From contig CAZFQU010000002.1 in the NCBI GenBank assembly GCA_964521245.1, positions 1,526-65,525 on the forward strand: 64,000 bases of DNA, written 5' to 3'. Below are positions 26,906 through 36,365 of this stretch, piece after piece; the stretch's first letter is position 1; every line of letters starts with the position of its first letter. The notes under the pieces were generated by a model. That model was given only the letters and a program-made list of their open reading frames with translations, did no database searches and had not been told where the DNA came from. The position numbers were made by a program, and so were the translations under genes. Origin of the DNA: an uncultured Alistipes sp. (GTDB taxonomy: Bacteria; Bacteroidota; Bacteroidia; Bacteroidales; Rikenellaceae).

Positions 26906-28009
26906 CTACTTATCCGACTGATAACCCCTAAGCCACTCATCGTTATCCAGATACCACTTTACGGTCTTTTCGACACCCTCCTCGAACTGGAGCGTAGGTT
27001 CCCAGCCGAGTTCGCGTTGGAGTTTCGAGGAGTCGATAGCATATCTGGCATCGTGACCCGGGCGGTCGGTAACATAAGTTATAAGCTCCGAAGAGTAACC
27101 CTCCGGATTGCCAAGCAGGCGGTCAACGGTCTTGACCAAAATCTTTACTATATCGATATTCTTCCACTCGTTAAAACCTCCGATGTTGTATGTGTCGGCG
27201 ACCCTGCCACGATGGAATATCAGGTCGATAGCTCGCGCGTGGTCCTCGACGTAGAGCCAATCTCTCACGTTGTCACCATTGCCATAGACGGGCAATGGCT
27301 TTCGGTTTCGTATATTCTTGATAAACAGCGGTATCAGCTTTTCGGGGTATTGATAGGGACCATAGTTGTTCGAGCAGTTGGTAACTATGGTTGGTACTCC
27401 ATAAGTGTCGTGATAGGCTCTTACAAAGTGGTCCGACGAGGCTTTCGACGCCGAGTAGGGCGAGTGGGGATTATACTTGGTTGTCTCTCTAAAGAAATTG
27501 TCGCCATATGCCAGATGATGCTCCGACGAGGAGGCAGTGGTCGAGAATGGTGGCACTATACCCTCAGGATGGTTCATCTCAAGGGCACCATAGACCTCGT
27601 CGGTCGATATGTGATAGAAGAGCTTACCCTCATAACCTTCGGGTAGCGACTCCCAATAGAGCTTTGCTGCCTGAAGCAGCGAGAGCGTACCCATCACATT
27701 TGTACGGGCAAAGGTAAAAGGATCCTTAATCGAACGATCGACGTGGCTCTCTGCAGCAAGGTGGATAATCGCATCAACCTTTTCGCGCTGCATAAGTGCA
27801 TAGAAAGAGTCGAAATCGCAAATATCCATCTTCACAAACTTGTAGTTGGGTTTATGCTCGACATCACTCAGGTTTGCAAGATTGCCCGCATAGGTCAACT
27901 TATCGAGGTTGATGATATTGTACTCGGGGTATTTGTTGACAAACAGACGTACGAGGTGACTTCCGATAAATCCGGCACCACCTGTGATAACTATACTACG
28001 CTTTGCCAT
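26906..28009 (-). CDS. rfbB: dTDP-glucose 4,6-dehydratase
   Basis: 367 aa. GGAGFIGS, YSASKAS (YxxxK) and STDEVYG. Confidence 0.93.
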   Translation of the reverse strand: MAKRSIVITGGAGFIGSHLVRLFVNKYPEYNIINLDKLTYAGNLANLSDVEHKPNYKFVKMDICDFDSFYALMQREKVDAIIHLAAESHVDRSIKDPFTFARTNVMGTLSLLQAAKLYWESLPEGYEGKLFYHISTDEVYGALEMNHPEGIVPPFSTTASSSEHHLAYGDNFFRETTKYNPHSPYSASKASSDHFVRAYHDTYGVPTIVTNCSNNYGPYQYPEKLIPLFIKNIRNRKPLPVYGNGDNVRDWLYVEDHARAIDLIFHRGRVADTYNIGGFNEWKNIDIVKILVKTVDRLLGNPEGYSSELITYVTDRPGHDARYAIDSSKLQRELGWEPTLQFEEGVEKTVKWYLDNDEWLRGYQSDK

Positions 28010-28018
28010 TTGTGTTAC

Positions 28019-28906
28019 TCATTTTTTTAAGTTCTTTATACATCGCTCGAGCGACTCGGTCCAATGGGAAATCTCCAATCCGAAAACACGCTTAATCTTA
28101 CTCTTGTCGAGTACCGAGTAGGCGGGGCGTTTGGCTGCACTCTTATACTCATCGCTCAGACACGCCTCTACCCTGCACTCCGTAGCCGAGCCGTAGCTGG
28201 CTATTGCCACCGCAAAATCGTACCACGAACAGACACCCTCGTTCGTGTAGTGATAGATTCCCACCTGCGAGATATTATAGCTATCGGCTATATGGTCTAT
28301 CACACGTGCAAGGTCGAGGGCATAGGTTGGTGTTCCCACTTGGTCTTGCACCACCTTGACATTGGGTTTGGTTGAGGTGAGGTTGAGCATCTTCAGGCAG
28401 AAGTTGTTGCCAAATTCGGAGTAGAGCCACGCCGTACGAATAATCACATACTCACACCCCGAAGAGCTAATCATCTGTTCACCAAGGAACTTTGTCGAGC
28501 CATAGACTCCCATTGGCGCACACTCATCGCTTTCGGTATAGGGGATGTTGTGCAACTGACCACCAAAGACATAGTCGGTCGATATGTGTATCAATAGTGC
28601 GCCTGACTCCTTGGCTACGATTGCCAGATTTTGCGGAGCTTGAGCATTGAGCAGGTGACACTGCTCCTTATCCTGCTCTGCCCTATCGACATTGGTATAG
28701 GCGGCGCAGTTCACTATCACATCTATCCTATGTTCACCAACCGCTCGGCGCAGAGCATCAATATCTGTTACGTCGAGCCGAAGTGTAGGCTCGAAATCAC
28801 TCTCCACTATATCCGAAAAGATATACTCAAGGTTGCTGCTTTGGGCAACTACCTTGAGTGTCTTACCGAGCTGACCATTGGCACCCGTAACAAGTACTCT
28901 CTTCAT
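28019..28906 (-). CDS. rfbD: dTDP-4-dehydrorhamnose reductase
   Basis: 295 aa. VTGANGQLG, YGSTKFLGE, and length and order typical of RmlD. Confidence 0.88.
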   Translation of the reverse strand: MKRVLVTGANGQLGKTLKVVAQSSNLEYIFSDIVESDFEPTLRLDVTDIDALRRAVGEHRIDVIVNCAAYTNVDRAEQDKEQCHLLNAQAPQNLAIVAKESGALLIHISTDYVFGGQLHNIPYTESDECAPMGVYGSTKFLGEQMISSSGCEYVIIRTAWLYSEFGNNFCLKMLNLTSTKPNVKVVQDQVGTPTYALDLARVIDHIADSYNISQVGIYHYTNEGVCSWYDFAVAIASYGSATECRVEACLSDEYKSAAKRPAYSVLDKSKIKRVFGLEISHWTESLERCIKNLKK

Positions 28907-28920
28907 CAGACAATCTGCGA

Positions 28921-29826
28921 CTAATCGAGATTAGGTTTTTGTGTATCTTTCAGTTCGTCAATCACCTTCAGCAGATACTGACCATATTGGTTTTTGAGCA
29001 TCGGTTCGGCAATCTGACGCATACGCTCGGCTGTAATCCAACCCTGACGATAGGCAATACCCTCCAAGCAGGCAATCTTCAACCCCTGACGTTTCTCCAG
29101 CACCTCGATATAGGTCGAAGCCTCGGAGAGGGAATCGTGCGTACCCGTGTCGAGCCACGCAAAGCCTCTGCCGAGGGTCTGCACTTTGAGCGAGCCGTCT
29201 GCCAAAAATATCTGGTTGACGGTGGTAATCTCATACTCACCTCGTGCCGAGGGTTTAATTTCGCGCGCTATATCCACCACTCTGTTGGGATAGAAGTAGA
29301 GTCCAGCAACAGCATAATTACTCTTGGGCTTTAGAGGTTTTTCCTCGATTGAAAGGCAATTACCATCACTATCGAACTCCGCTACGCCATATCGTCGAGG
29401 GTCACTCACCCAATAGCCAAAGACCGTTGCCTTACTCTCCTCTTCGGCTGTGCGCACCGCCTCGTTGAGCATCGATGTAAAGCCTACGCCGTGAAATATA
29501 TTATCGCCCAAGATTAGACAAACGCTATCATCGCCTATGAAGTCGGCTCCAATGGTAAATGCCTGAGCCAGCCCGTCGGGCGAGGGTTGTTCGGCATACT
29601 CGAAACGCACACCATAGTCCGAGCCGTCGCCAAGCAGACGCCTAAACGATGGCAAATCGTCGGGTGTCGAGATAATGAGAATATCCCTAATGCCTGCCAA
29701 CATCAAAACCGATATCGGATAGTAAACCATCGGCTTATCATAAATGGGCATCAGTTGCTTCGATATGCCCTTTGTGATTGGATAGAGGCGTGTACCACTG
29801 CCGCCTGCCAAGACAATACCTTTCAT
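28921..29826 (-). CDS. rfbA: glucose-1-phosphate thymidylyltransferase
   Basis: 301 aa. [18 protein letters not shown]. Confidence 0.95.
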   Translation of the reverse strand: MKGIVLAGGSGTRLYPITKGISKQLMPIYDKPMVYYPISVLMLAGIRDILIISTPDDLPSFRRLLGDGSDYGVRFEYAEQPSPDGLAQAFTIGADFIGDDSVCLILGDNIFHGVGFTSMLNEAVRTAEEESKATVFGYWVSDPRRYGVAEFDSDGNCLSIEEKPLKPKSNYAVAGLYFYPNRVVDIAREIKPSARGEYEITTVNQIFLADGSLKVQTLGRGFAWLDTGTHDSLSEASTYIEVLEKRQGLKIACLEGIAYRQGWITAERMRQIAEPMLKNQYGQYLLKVIDELKDTQKPNLD

Positions 29827-29852
29827 AACTAAATATTCAGTTTCGGTGCTTC

Positions 29853-30911
29853 TTATTGCTTATAAAACTCCTTATACCACTCTGCAAAGCGGTGCAATCC
29901 ATCTCTAAGCGCAGTTTTGGGTTTGAACCCAAAATCTGCAATCAATTCATCGATATCGGCATAGGTAGCTGCCACATCGCCCGGCTGCATAGCGACAAGC
30001 TCGGTGTGTGACTCGAAATCATAATCCTCGGGGAGCAGCCCTACATTTATCAGTTGCTCTTTGAGCAGTGCCACAAAGTCGAGCAGTGACTCTGGAGCAT
30101 TGTTGCCGATATTATAGACCTTATAGGGGGCAACGGGCAATCCATCTTCACCCTGCTGGCGCTGGGGCGAGTGTTGCATCACTCGCACTACGCCCTCCAC
30201 AATATCGTCAATGTATGTGAAGTCACGCATCGAGTTGCCGTAGTTGAATATCTGAATCTTATCGCCACGCAGCAAGCGATTCGTGAAGTCGAAGTATGCC
30301 ATATCGGGGCGACCACAAGGTCCATAAACCGTAAAGAATCTTAGGCCCGTACTCGGTATGTTGTAGAGTTTACTGTAAGAGTGGGCCATAAGCTCGTTGC
30401 TCTTCTTCGTTGCAGCATAAAGACTCACGGGGTTATCGACCTTATCATCCGTACTATATGGCACCTTGCTGTTCGAGCCATAGACACTCGACGAGGAGGC
30501 ATAGACCAGATGCTCGACATCATGATTGCGACAAGCCTCCAAGATGTTGTAGAAGCCTATGATATTGCTCTCGATATAGGCATCGGGGTTGGTTATCGAG
30601 TAGCGCACACCTGCCTGTGCAGCAAGATTTACCACAAGGTCAATCTTATAGCTGTTGAATATAGACTCAAGGGCGAGTTTGTCGGCAATATTTTGCTCAA
30701 AGAACACAAAGCGCGAAGAGTAGCCCTGAAGCCCGGCGAGTCTTTGATGCTTTAGTCTGACATCGTAATAGGGCGAGAGGTTATCTACACCGATTACTTC
30801 TACCCCATCGAACTCTTCTAATAGTCGCTTGGCCAAAGCTGCACCGATAAAGCCGGCAACACCGGTTATCAGCACGAGCTTCTCATTGAGATTGATATTC
30901 TGTTCTAACAT
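29853..30911 (-). CDS. NAD-dependent epimerase, probably UDP-glucuronate 4-epimerase
   Basis: 352 aa [12 protein letters not shown] and YAATKKS. Located directly downstream of ugd. Confidence 0.75.
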   Translation of the reverse strand: MLEQNINLNEKLVLITGVAGFIGAALAKRLLEEFDGVEVIGVDNLSPYYDVRLKHQRLAGLQGYSSRFVFFEQNIADKLALESIFNSYKIDLVVNLAAQAGVRYSITNPDAYIESNIIGFYNILEACRNHDVEHLVYASSSSVYGSNSKVPYSTDDKVDNPVSLYAATKKSNELMAHSYSKLYNIPSTGLRFFTVYGPCGRPDMAYFDFTNRLLRGDKIQIFNYGNSMRDFTYIDDIVEGVVRVMQHSPQRQQGEDGLPVAPYKVYNIGNNAPESLLDFVALLKEQLINVGLLPEDYDFESHTELVAMQPGDVAATYADIDELIADFGFKPKTALRDGLHRFAEWYKEFYKQ

Positions 30912-30916
30912 AGTTT

Positions 30917-32230
30917 TTAGTCGCGTTGGAAGATGTCGCGTGTATAGACCTTATCCTTCACATCATCAAGCAGCGTATCGTAGCGGTTGGCGATTATGGC
31001 TTGACTCAACTCCTTGAAACGCTCCAAGTCGTTAACCACAAGCGAGCCAAAGAATCTCTCGCCATCCTCAAGCGATGGTTCATAGATAATCACCTTGGCA
31101 CCCTTCGCCTTGATTCGCTTCATAATTCCCTGAATTGCGCTATGGCGGAAATTGTCGGAATTGGACTTCATCGTAAGACGAAAAACTCCGATAACCACAT
31201 CCTGCTCGGTCTGCTTATTCCAATAACTCGAGGCTGTATAGTAACCTGCTTTGGCAAGCACTTGGTCGGCAATGAAATCCTTGCGTGTGCGGTTGCTCTC
31301 GACGATGGCTGTCATCATATTCTGAGGCACGTCGGCATAGTTGGCAAGCAGCTGCTTGGTATCTTTGGGCAGACAGTAGCCACCATAACCGAACGAGGGG
31401 TTGTTGTAATGTTTACCGATACGGGGGTCAAGACCCACGCCCTCGATTATCGCCTGAGTATCCAATCCCTTCATCTCGGCATAGGTGTCGAGCTCGTTGA
31501 AGTAGCTGACTCTGAGAGCCAGATAGGTATTGGCAAATAGCTTTACCGCCTCAGCCTCCTTAAGACCCATATACAGCACATCGACATCCTTCTTTTCGGC
31601 ACCCTCTTTGAGCAGCTGAGCAAAGGTGTGAGCAGCCTCGAATAGGTGGTTGCCCATAATTTGCTTTATAGCCTCGTTCTCCTCGTCAGCATTCTCGATG
31701 AGTTTCGGATAGCCAACAATTATACGACTCGGATAGAGATTATCATAGAGAGCTTTACTCTCGCGCAAAAACTCGGGCGAGAAGAGCAAGCGCAGTTTGT
31801 GACTCTTGTCCAACCCCTGAAGTCTGAACTTTTGGGCATACTTGACGTAGAGCGAACGACAATACCCCACCGGAATAGTACTCTTGATTATCATTGTTGC
31901 CTCGGGGTTGACCTCCAACACAAGGTCTATCACCTCCTCGATATGGTGAGTGTCGAAGAAGTTGAGCTGAGGGTCATAGTTGGTCGGGGTTGCTATAACC
32001 ACAAACTCCGCATCGCGATATGCCTCCTCGGCATCGAGTGTTGCTCTGAGGTCGAGTGGTCTGTTTGCAAAATACTCCTCAATATACTCGTCACGAATGG
32101 GAGATACTCGACGGTTAATCTTATCGACCTTGTCTGCCACCACATCAACAGCCACAACCTGATTGTGCTGAGCCAACAATGTGGCTATCGACAAACCCAC
32201 ATACCCCGTTCCTGCTACTGCTATTTTCAT
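30917..32230 (-). CDS. ugd: UDP-glucose 6-dehydrogenase
   Basis: 437 aa. [12 protein letters not shown] and the GGYCLPKD catalytic Cys motif. Confidence 0.93.
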   Translation of the reverse strand: MKIAVAGTGYVGLSIATLLAQHNQVVAVDVVADKVDKINRRVSPIRDEYIEEYFANRPLDLRATLDAEEAYRDAEFVVIATPTNYDPQLNFFDTHHIEEVIDLVLEVNPEATMIIKSTIPVGYCRSLYVKYAQKFRLQGLDKSHKLRLLFSPEFLRESKALYDNLYPSRIIVGYPKLIENADEENEAIKQIMGNHLFEAAHTFAQLLKEGAEKKDVDVLYMGLKEAEAVKLFANTYLALRVSYFNELDTYAEMKGLDTQAIIEGVGLDPRIGKHYNNPSFGYGGYCLPKDTKQLLANYADVPQNMMTAIVESNRTRKDFIADQVLAKAGYYTASSYWNKQTEQDVVIGVFRLTMKSNSDNFRHSAIQGIMKRIKAKGAKVIIYEPSLEDGERFFGSLVVNDLERFKELSQAIIANRYDTLLDDVKDKVYTRDIFQRD

Positions 32231-32257
32231 TGCTTAGAGTGAAAATTTTTGGTTAAA

Positions 32258-33268
32258 CTAGAATTTTTTACCAAAGATTATTCCGAAGAATGTCTTACAC
32301 AAAATCTTGATATCGAACAACCACGAGCGATGCCCAAGATAGTAAAGGTCATACTCCAAACGTCTGAGCATCTTCTCCATAGTATCTGTATAGCCGTTAT
32401 AGAAAGTGGCATAGGAGGTAACACCGGGGCGAATTTGGTAAAGATATTCATATCGTTTATCGTGTTCGATTATTTGGTCGATATAGAATTTCCTTTCGGG
32501 GCGAGGACCTACAAAAGCCATATCTCCGCAAAACACATTCCATAGTTGAGGTAGCTCGTCAAGGTGGTGTGCGCGTAGGAATTTCCCTATCTTTGTCAGA
32601 CGAGGGTCATTATCACCTCCACCATGGCTGAGTTGAGGACCCATAGCTTCTGCATCGATTCTCATCGTGCGGAATTTGTAAATCATAAATGGTCTGCCAA
32701 ATCGACCTATTCTCTCCTGCTTAAAGATTGCAGGACCACCATCCTCTTTTCTGACAAGTATGGCACATATCAAAAAAACAGGCAAGAACACAATCATCAA
32801 TATCAGCGAGGCAACCATATCGAACATTCGTTTCGAGTTACGCGCAAAGTCACTCATTCCGTCTTTGATAAACTTATCTTTTGGAACAAGGTGACTTATG
32901 TGAGTTTGTGTATCAAATCCTCCCTTAGCTGCAAGTATCTCCTTAAGTTTGTTTACCCAACGTAAGTAATCGTTAATATCGAATGGTTCTGAATGAACTA
33001 TGATGCAATGCGTCCTATCCTCACCTCGCTTCACATCATAAAAAGTTCTCAACCTCTCCATAATATTCTTGTTAACAACAGTATATGGCATCTGCATTGT
33101 GGTTGAGAAACTTTGAATACTATCAATGGATTTATTTTGAATCACCAATCTAAGCGAGTAGGCAGAATAACCATAAGCAATCCAAGAGTGCATCTCCTCA
33201 TTAAAGTAGAGATGTATGGTCGAGAAGTTGTTCTGTTTTTCGTTAAATGTTATCAATTCCAAATTCAT
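32258..33268 (-). CDS. initiating sugar-phosphate transferase (PF02397 type) with an extra ~140-aa N-terminal domain
   Basis: C-terminal half has PAIFKQERIGRFGRPFMIYKFRTM and DELPQLWNV. One TM segment (LILMIVFLPVFLICAIL). N-terminal residues 1-140 match nothing I recognise. Confidence 0.85.
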   Translation of the reverse strand: MNLELITFNEKQNNFSTIHLYFNEEMHSWIAYGYSAYSLRLVIQNKSIDSIQSFSTTMQMPYTVVNKNIMERLRTFYDVKRGEDRTHCIIVHSEPFDINDYLRWVNKLKEILAAKGGFDTQTHISHLVPKDKFIKDGMSDFARNSKRMFDMVASLILMIVFLPVFLICAILVRKEDGGPAIFKQERIGRFGRPFMIYKFRTMRIDAEAMGPQLSHGGGDNDPRLTKIGKFLRAHHLDELPQLWNVFCGDMAFVGPRPERKFYIDQIIEHDKRYEYLYQIRPGVTSYATFYNGYTDTMEKMLRRLEYDLYYLGHRSWLFDIKILCKTFFGIIFGKKF

Positions 33269-33327
33269 AATTCACCATGAGATAGTTAATACTATAGTGG
33301 ATTGAAATATATTAAACGAGCCAATCT

Positions 33328-33888
33328 TTACACTAAAGGCTGAATAAATCCATCGGTAACTTCAGCCAACATCACAGCAGCTACGCCCTCGATGAGTATC
33401 ACCACCCCGCGTTTGCGGGCTGAGGTGGGCTTGACAAATCGACCCTCGATGCCGTCGAACGCACCGCCGACAATCTTTACGGGAGTACCTTTAGCCACAT
33501 CCACCTCGTCGGGTGTCAGATATATCACTTTCTCGCTCTGAGCCTTGCTTACTGCCATAAATTGTGCCATCTGAGCCTCGGGAACCACTATCGGCACATT
33601 TTTGCCATCTATGGGCTGAGTGTGGTATTGCAAATAGTCTATCCCGCGTTTCAACTCCTGAATACGGCTCTTGGTCGAGCGAACAAAAATCAGGTTTGTT
33701 ATGGCAGGCACCAACCGACGGAGCTTGCCCTGTCGCCTGTTGTTAACAATCTCATATCGCATAGGCACAAAACACTCCACATCGTGGCTTAGCAAATACT
33801 CCTGAGCCTTAAGCTCTCTGCCGTATGTAGCACTCATCGCAAACCAGACAGACTCCTCAGCTGTGGTTTTATCCATCTCTGCGCTCAT
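33328..33888 (-). CDS. upxY: UpxY-family (NusG-like) capsule operon antiterminator
   Basis: NGN-like WFAMSATYGRELKAQEYL and KOW-like GTPVKIVGGAFDGIEGRF. First gene of the locus. Start is uncertain: ATG at 33888, 33876 or 34002. Confidence 0.8.
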   Translation of the reverse strand: MSAEMDKTTAEESVWFAMSATYGRELKAQEYLLSHDVECFVPMRYEIVNNRRQGKLRRLVPAITNLIFVRSTKSRIQELKRGIDYLQYHTQPIDGKNVPIVVPEAQMAQFMAVSKAQSEKVIYLTPDEVDVAKGTPVKIVGGAFDGIEGRFVKPTSARKRGVVILIEGVAAVMLAEVTDGFIQPLV

Positions 33889-34083
33889 AAAAACAGCTCT
33901 TTTTCGAATATTATTTGCTGTATGCACATTCTCTTGGCTCCCCAACACAGCACGCTTGTAGCTCTGTATCAGGCTATTAGACTCAATATTAGTGTTATGC
34001 ATTGCACACACAACCCCTCACTTCAAAGAGCCCCTAACGGGCACTCATTTTCAATTTTATCCTAAAGGATAAGGTAATCATCG

Positions 34084-34091
34084 CAAAGTTA
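34084..34091 (-). promoter_or_regulatory. -7 box TAACTTTG, candidate capsule-locus promoter
   Basis: Exact TAnnTTTG on the minus strand upstream of upxY. The palindrome TTATCCT-AA-AGGATAA (34057-34072) follows just downstream. Confidence 0.4.
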
Positions 34092-34307
34092 ATAAAATTT
34101 CTCAATATATACCTATTCCGAGGGTAAAAAAAATCATCGTTCTGAAGAAAAAGTAGTACAAATAACTCCTTTTATTTCATCGATTTAGTTCTTAAAATTA
34201 AAAAACAACAGCTACACGCCAAATTACTCAAATCATTTTCATCCGTAAAACTTCATATTTTATCTATATTTTTCCGCTGTTGGTTTTATGTTTTTCAGTA
34301 TCAAACA

Positions 34308-34347
34308 ACAAAAATAAAGGCACCTGAATCTTGACGATTCAGGCACC
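34308..34347 (-). terminator. rho-independent terminator of ald
   Basis: 8-bp stem CCTGAATC / GATTCAGG with a 5-nt loop (34323-34343), followed on the minus strand by TTTATTTTTG. Confidence 0.6.
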
Positions 34348-34389
34348 CCTAAAAATTCTCTTGCAGCTCGACAAGCGAGCCTTATACAA

Positions 34390-35496
34390 CTACAAATCTA
34401 AAGGCTCATACTCCAAGCCCCAAGCATCGGCTACCGACTTATAGACAACCTTTCCCTCGACAATATTGAGTCCCTTGCGCAACTCTTCGTTCTCCTTGCA
34501 AGCCTTGCGCCAGCCCTTATCGGCAAGTTGGAGTGCGTAGGGCATAGTCGCATTGGTGAGAGCGAGAGTCGAGGTATAAGGCACAGCACCGGGAATATTT
34601 GCCACGCAGTAGTGCAAAATACCGTCAACATAATATACGGGGTCCTCGTGGGTTGTGGGGTGCGAGGTCTCGAAACAACCACCCTGATCGATAGCAACAT
34701 CGACCATAACCGTACCCGGCTCCATAACCTTCAACATATCGCGCGTAACGAGCTTGGGAGCCTTTGCACCCGGGATAAGTACCGAACCAATAACAAGGTC
34801 GGCAGTCTTAAGTTCCTCGCGGATGTTATACTCCGACGACATAAGGGTCTTTACGTTCTTGGGCATAACGTCAGCCAAGTAGGTCAGACGCTGAAGCGAG
34901 ATATCGCAGATTGTCACATCGGCACCTGTGCCGGCAGCGGTGCGTGCAGCAGCCGTACCAACCACTCCCGCACCAATTACAAAGACCTTTGCAGGCTTAA
35001 CGCCCGGCACACCGCCCAAGAGCTTACCCTTACCTCCGCGGGGCTTCTCGAGGAAGTATCTACCCTCTTGGGTTGACATACGACCTGCAACCTCCGACAT
35101 GGGGATAAGCAGCGGCAACGAACGGTCTTTGCGCTCGACGGTCTCGTAGGCACAACATATAGCACCACTCTCAATCATAGCCTTGGTGAGTGGCTCGCTC
35201 GATGCGAAGTGGAAATAGGTGAATACAATCTGACCCTTGTGAATGAGCTTATACTCCGAGGCGATAGGCTCCTTCACCTTCACAATCATATCGGCAATGG
35301 CATATACCTCCTCGATGGTCGAGAGAATCTTCGCACCCGAGGCGATGTAGGCGGCATCGTTAAATCCGCTGTTGTCGCCTGCAGAAGCCTGCACATAAAC
35401 AGTGTGACCACGCTTGGTCATCTCGTGAACCCCCGAAGGTGTCATTCCGACACGATTTTCGTTGTTCTTAATCTCTTTTGGAATACCGATAATCAT
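34390..35496 (-). CDS. ald: alanine dehydrogenase
   Basis: 368 aa. MIIGIPKEIKNNENRVGMTP and the NAD-binding motif VIGAGVVG. Confidence 0.94.
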   Translation of the reverse strand: MIIGIPKEIKNNENRVGMTPSGVHEMTKRGHTVYVQASAGDNSGFNDAAYIASGAKILSTIEEVYAIADMIVKVKEPIASEYKLIHKGQIVFTYFHFASSEPLTKAMIESGAICCAYETVERKDRSLPLLIPMSEVAGRMSTQEGRYFLEKPRGGKGKLLGGVPGVKPAKVFVIGAGVVGTAAARTAAGTGADVTICDISLQRLTYLADVMPKNVKTLMSSEYNIREELKTADLVIGSVLIPGAKAPKLVTRDMLKVMEPGTVMVDVAIDQGGCFETSHPTTHEDPVYYVDGILHYCVANIPGAVPYTSTLALTNATMPYALQLADKGWRKACKENEELRKGLNIVEGKVVYKSVADAWGLEYEPLDL

Positions 35497-35717
35497 ACTC
35501 TAATATTTTAGGTTTTAGGTTTAGATTCCGCCTCACTTCGAGCATATTGCAGTCCATAGAACTAATTGCGATGTGTGAAATTAAGCATAATTTTTCAAAC
35601 CGCAAAAAATAGTCCGACAAAATTTGCAACCCAAGGCTGAAATAAAAACCAAAGCCCTAAAAATAAATAATGATGCAAACGTAAATCTGCATCATTATTT
35701 ATATTAAAGCCTAAATT

Positions 35718-36155
35718 CTAAAAAGCGGAGACGGCGCGCACATAGGTGCTGCTGCTCTTACTGTCGTAGTTGGTGCTGCCATCGAGCATACCGACACACC
35801 ACGCACAGCCCCCATTGTATTCCGCAGAAGACCAACAATAACCTTCAGATAGTTTTTCGTTAAAAGGCTTAAGGACTTCATCGAATGCCTCTCTATTTCT
35901 AAGTACAGCCTCAAGCTCTGCTTTTGCAGGCAGATACCACCCTTCGCCCAAATCTGCACACCAAGCAAATGGCGGGAATCGGTAACGCCAATTGGGAATT
36001 TGCTTCACCTTTGCCATATTATATGCACCATCATACTTATCAGTACCGAGCAGACGATTGCGGTCACCTCCATCCGACGCCCATACAATACTTGATGACC
36101 TTTTTACACTAAACAATTTGCCGTGCTTGCCACCATCCGTCACTTCGAACGCCAC
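35718..36155 (-). CDS. DUF1566-domain protein, apparently 5'-truncated (GTG start, no signal peptide)
   Basis: WYLPAKAELEAV...YCWSSAEY...YVRAVSAF is DUF1566-like. The frame stays open 57 codons upstream (to 36326) through an S/T/P linker with no ATG, GTG or TTG. Confidence 0.55.
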   Translation of the reverse strand: MAFEVTDGGKHGKLFSVKRSSSIVWASDGGDRNRLLGTDKYDGAYNMAKVKQIPNWRYRFPPFAWCADLGEGWYLPAKAELEAVLRNREAFDEVLKPFNEKLSEGYCWSSAEYNGGCAWCVGMLDGSTNYDSKSSSTYVRAVSAF

Positions 36156-36365
36156 ACCTAATACGCCATTCTTGCTTACGATATCTCCGATTTTATAAAT
36201 ATCTCCTGCCCTATACTCTCGTACTATAGGTCGGGGATTTGTCGGAGTTGACGGCGTAATAGAGGTTGAAGGTGAGGAGGATGGGGTTTGAGCAGTTGTG
36301 ATTAGAGAATATAGTGAGTTTAACGATTACCACATTCATTTTCACTAATTTTCCTAAACTCCAGC

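Noticed and set aside
34012-34389. Invertible (phase-variable) capsule promoter.
   Set aside because: Reading by eye, I found no pair of flanking inverted repeats of 10 bp or more, only a 7-bp-arm palindrome, and no recombinase gene nearby. This is a visual search only, so the rejection is provisional.
35711-35968. 85-aa ORF overlapping the DUF1566 gene in another frame.
   Set aside because: It is fully nested in the DUF1566 coding frame, which carries recognisable domain motifs. The nested ORF has no independent signal.
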